Shown: in pieces, positions 60,281-64,000 of the stretch
Position numbering within the stretch: position 1 is the stretch's first letter
How the letters are laid out: each line of letters starts with the position of its first letter
Assembly (NCBI GenBank): GCA_030141605.1
Contig: JAQGDQ010000307.1
Span: 1-64,000, forward strand
Length of the DNA: 64,000 bases
Direction of reading: 5' to 3'
Source of the DNA: Tubiluchus corallicola
Taxonomy: Eukaryota; Animalia; Priapulida
The notes under the pieces: model-generated
Database searches by the model: none
Told to the model about the DNA's origin: nothing
The model's input: only the letters and a program-made list of their open reading frames with translations
Made by a program: the position numbers and the translations under genes

Positions 60281-63200
60281 CTGTAGGTACGAAAAATACA
60301 AATTCAAAAATAACTGACACTTACAAACAGTTCTGCCTGAAAGCACAGTTTTAGTTACATTTTAATTTCAGCTTATTTTCAATTATATTTAAACTTAGCC
60401 TATTGGGTGTTTTTGAGAAAACAATGTGATCAAAACAATGCATAAAATAAATAGTGCATAACTAGCGCAAGCTAAAGTTATAAGACCTAGCTTATTTTCC
60501 TATATATTTTCCTAGCTTATATATCCTTAGTTTAATAGGTTTTAATTAGGTTATGTCACATGACGCAAAACAAAAACTGAAACTTACCAATATTAATTAA
60601 ATAATAGCCAAACCCCACAACAGAAATTTACGGATAAATCCCCATGATGACAACCCACACTACATCACTTACACTACACTATCCGCAGCACACCAAACCA
60701 TCCACACTAGCTATACATATGCCATACCATACCTACCACACAACCTACACTATACCACCTAATGTCATTGCTGCTATTAATGATGATGATGACGATGGAA
60801 CACTGGTGATGACAACAAGAACAACCACAGTAATAATAACTAGAACAGCCTAGTGAAACTTCATAAAAAATATTTTGCACGTAGTTGAAATGAGTGAAAT
60901 TACAAACACTTTTAAACTCATTACCAATGATTATTAATGCACGAACATTTCCCTTTGCTTACTGTTCCTTTAATTATGATAAGAGGCTAATAGATAACAC
61001 TTACATATTTAAACTGCCCAAGGCCAGCTTAACAAAATGCAGAAACACAGTATCGATGGTATAAGCTAAATATATAGTGACGACATCACAAACAATGGTT
61101 TTGTGTCAGCAGTTTTCCAAACAATACTTTCCCAAAATGAAATCTGTTGGTGAAGTCTCCTTTTGGTGAAGGCATCTCAAAAGGAAGCCCACACCATTGT
61201 TTTTCTCTTTCTAAAGAGCTATAAACCTTTCCTAATTACACAAGGAAAGAGCTTCCTAATTACAATAAAAAAAATTGTAATTGGTTGTAATTACTGTAGT
61301 GTCAGACAGAAACATGTGATGTAATGCATGACAGTCAGAAGAATTGACTTACTTGCCTTCTCGATACAGGCAATGTATTTGCAAATATTGTCCACTTTAC
61401 TGTCTGGAAGCAGGGTGGCACAGTTAGTGACCCATAATAACGATAATATTCTTTTTGATTTGCTGGCAACAGCGTCAGTAAGTCAAACGTATCTACAGCC
61501 ACTACCTCACCTGCAACACAGATATGAAATTGAATAAAAAAAATATACAGGCTGAATTTCTAAGACACATTTCTAAAATTATCCATAATAATCTTATCCA
61601 AGGTCACATTTGAACAGTTTATTGGAAACACAATAAGCGAAATAAATCTGAAATAAACTTAAATGAATTCAAAATAGGGAATGTGTGCGAAACGCGTGAG
61701 TTTAATTTTGTCGTACTAATTTCTGTATTGCAAATTCATTAAAGCTGTACAGTTAAAAGGTAGAGCATAAAACAATAAAAGTAACCATATAAATAAGGAG
61801 GCAAATGTAAAAAGTACAAGCACTTACTTGTGTCGATCACGAATTAGCTGTTTATCATAACTCAAAAACTGAAATTCTGAACTAAAATTTTGATAAAGCT
61901 GGATCGCCTGGCAAGAGTGCAAATTTCCAATAATTGCAAACCAATTTGTATATCTCTTCTTAATGGAACAGTAGGTCGCACAAACATGGTGTATTACACA
62001 TAATGTTTCAGAGAGGAAATAAACATGTGCATTTCATGATTTCAGCTTTAGTATAAACCATAAAATCAGTAGCAAGGTCACAAACAAGCATTAAACCAAT
62101 ACGAGAGTTTTGATGATGAAATATAGGATAAGAGTTTTTGTAGCAAACTTTTATCCTACAAACCTACAAGTAGACTTCCAAAATAGAATTCTTATAAGAC
62201 AGAAATGTTTCAGAAATGTAAGAAAATACTTTTCCCAAAGTGATTTTAACAAATAATCAGATATATGAACACTAACGCATTACAATAACTAGATGGAGCG
62301 TCACATCATATGCACACATACTATTACCACTAAATTTTACCAAAGTATTTCACTTGCTCCAGCTTTTCCAATATCGGCTTCAAGTTAGGATTGTCTCTGA
62401 AACTGACATGGAACCAGACGGCAAAGTTTGCTAATCCATCCACACTTTTCACAGCCACTTCAAATTCCTCATATTGTGTATGATAAAACACAAAATGAAG
62501 CTGAAGTGAAACACAGTTACCTAACATTAGCATCCATGGATCATGGTAAGAATTGTAAACATTTCAGTTTACAGCTCAAATGGTCAAATTTCAATTTTTT
62601 ACGTAACATCTTGGCTGTCATTTCATATCACAGCTTTTACATATATACTGTTGCATTCCAAATAATAGAATAACAGCACAAAGTACAATTTGTGCATTAC
62701 ACATCATGTTAGTGATCACAGTTCTGGTCAAAAAGCGAATTTTTAAAATAGAATAATGTGCCTACAAAAGTTTCTTATTAGTAGCAAGCTTACTATGTTA
62801 TAATTATTCAATTCAACATAATAAACATGATTTTTCAATGAAGAAAAAAGCAATACATGACAGTAATTCTACAGGGTGTTTCAGAAGAAAAGATGTAGTA
62901 GAAATATCCTGATATGTATGTAACGGAATGTACAAAATTATATGTATTGCATTCCTGTATATATCCGTGTCAGTTAACAGCAAACACTTCCCACACTTAT
63001 AGTATAATCTCTCACTGAACACTCTGGCTTAACACTCAACTGCATTTCTTTATAATTTGATCAGCATATTTCAGCATATGGGTACATTTCTACTGCACTG
63101 TTTCTTTTTGATGTATCAGTTTTTTAATCCGACAAAGGCGTGTTCTTTGCCCATTCTTTTCACTATGAAATAAGGCTGATGCAGATCATGCATCTAAGAA

Positions 63201-63688
63201 CCCGACACACGACAACGAGCAGCTCAGCTACCACAGCTAAACAATGAAAACAATGCTGTGCCCTCGGGAAAACAGAAATGTTACAATTACCATTTATGTT
63301 TTAAATTAAAAAAAGACACTTTGATGTGACTGAAATTTCAGCCGTTTGAATTAAGTGCAAATTTGGAGAACATGTAAAGTCCAATTAAACGTATAACCCG
63401 GAAGAATAAGCAAGTGACCCAACTAAGGCCATATTTCCTAAAAACACCTGCATATGTCCGGTTATTCGGAACGCAACAGTAAATGCGAGCACTTTAATTT
63501 TATGTCATCATAGACAAAAATAATACCTACCTCTAGAGGGAATGCCTTGCCATTTTTCGTATGCTCCGATCCTTTGTTATCTGATGAACCCCAGTGAAAA
63601 TGCAGTTCATGAGCTTTATATTGCCCTCGTAGTTCTCCACTTCTAACAAGATAATCCAAATATGATTCACTCATTAGCAACAATGCCA
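60164..63688 (-). CDS. CA: Alpha-carbonic anhydrase, 3' part (exons 63688-63531, 62500-62341, 61510-61353, 60280-60164); 5' exons lie outside the window
   Basis: ELHFHWG, GSEH, FPLE|LHFV (three Zn-ligand His), [31 protein letters not shown]; GT-AG introns with matching phases. Confidence 0.93.
61353..61510 (-). CDS. CA: Carbonic anhydrase exon (…[30 protein letters not shown]...SRRQ)
   Basis: GSLT.PPC motif; ttgcag acceptor, gtaagt donor; absent from the ORF track. Confidence 0.92.
62341..62500 (-). CDS. CA: Carbonic anhydrase exon ([10 protein letters not shown]...[10 protein letters not shown]...VKYF)
   Basis: H119 equivalent and DGLA motif; phase 0 to 1. Confidence 0.9.
63531..63688 (-). 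CDS. CA: Carbonic anhydrase exon (…[30 protein letters not shown])
   Basis: H94/H96, E106 and E117 equivalents; ctttacag acceptor, gtaggt donor. Confidence 0.93.
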
Positions 63689-64000
63689 CTGTAAAGAACC
63701 AGGAAGAACCATTATGACAAAGACTCATTGATGTCAGTTAGTGAACTGACAAATCAGCTAACCAGAAAGACAGACTGGAAAACTGGCAGTCAGTGAGCCT
63801 ATCAGTCAGTCAATAACTGAACAAATAAGAGTGATTAAACAAATAAAAATATGTGAATAAAAAACCAATTGCCTAAAATTTCCATCAAATGAAAGAATTA
63901 AATACCCTTTACTAAACGCTGTCTCAGGTTCTACTTATGAAATAGCTGGTCATTATTTATACAAATAGAGTCATTTGTTCACTCTTTCGTCAGCTTTTAA

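Noticed and set aside
61828-61907. Possible extra CA exon ending in gtaagtg
   Set aside because: Stop codon in the required phase, and the flanking exons already join correctly

Overview
AT-rich, microsatellite- and transposon-rich eukaryotic (invertebrate animal, possibly spiralian) genomic DNA. The main feature is a Gli/Cubitus interruptus (Hedgehog-pathway C2H2 zinc-finger transcription factor) gene on the + strand. I assembled it by hand from 16 GT-AG coding exons with consistent phases (26385..58618, 4605 nt, about 1534 aa); most of these exons are missed or mis-framed in the ORF track. Convergent to it on the - strand are the last four visible exons of an alpha-carbonic anhydrase (63688..60164), whose 5' part lies beyond the window. 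The first 26 kb contain no recognisable gene. The 16.8-kb first coding intron of Gli holds an apparently exact 2735-bp tandem duplication, an internally deleted Tc1/mariner element, a 5'-truncated LINE and a consensus Gli-binding site. I found no evidence of a wholly novel biological system. The best leads are the intronic duplication, possible Gli autoregulation, a divergent PKA cluster and a CxxC-x11-CxxC motif in the Gli C-terminal half, and a frame-critical small exon with tandem donors. Comparisons to GLI3/Ci are from memory, not from an alignment.
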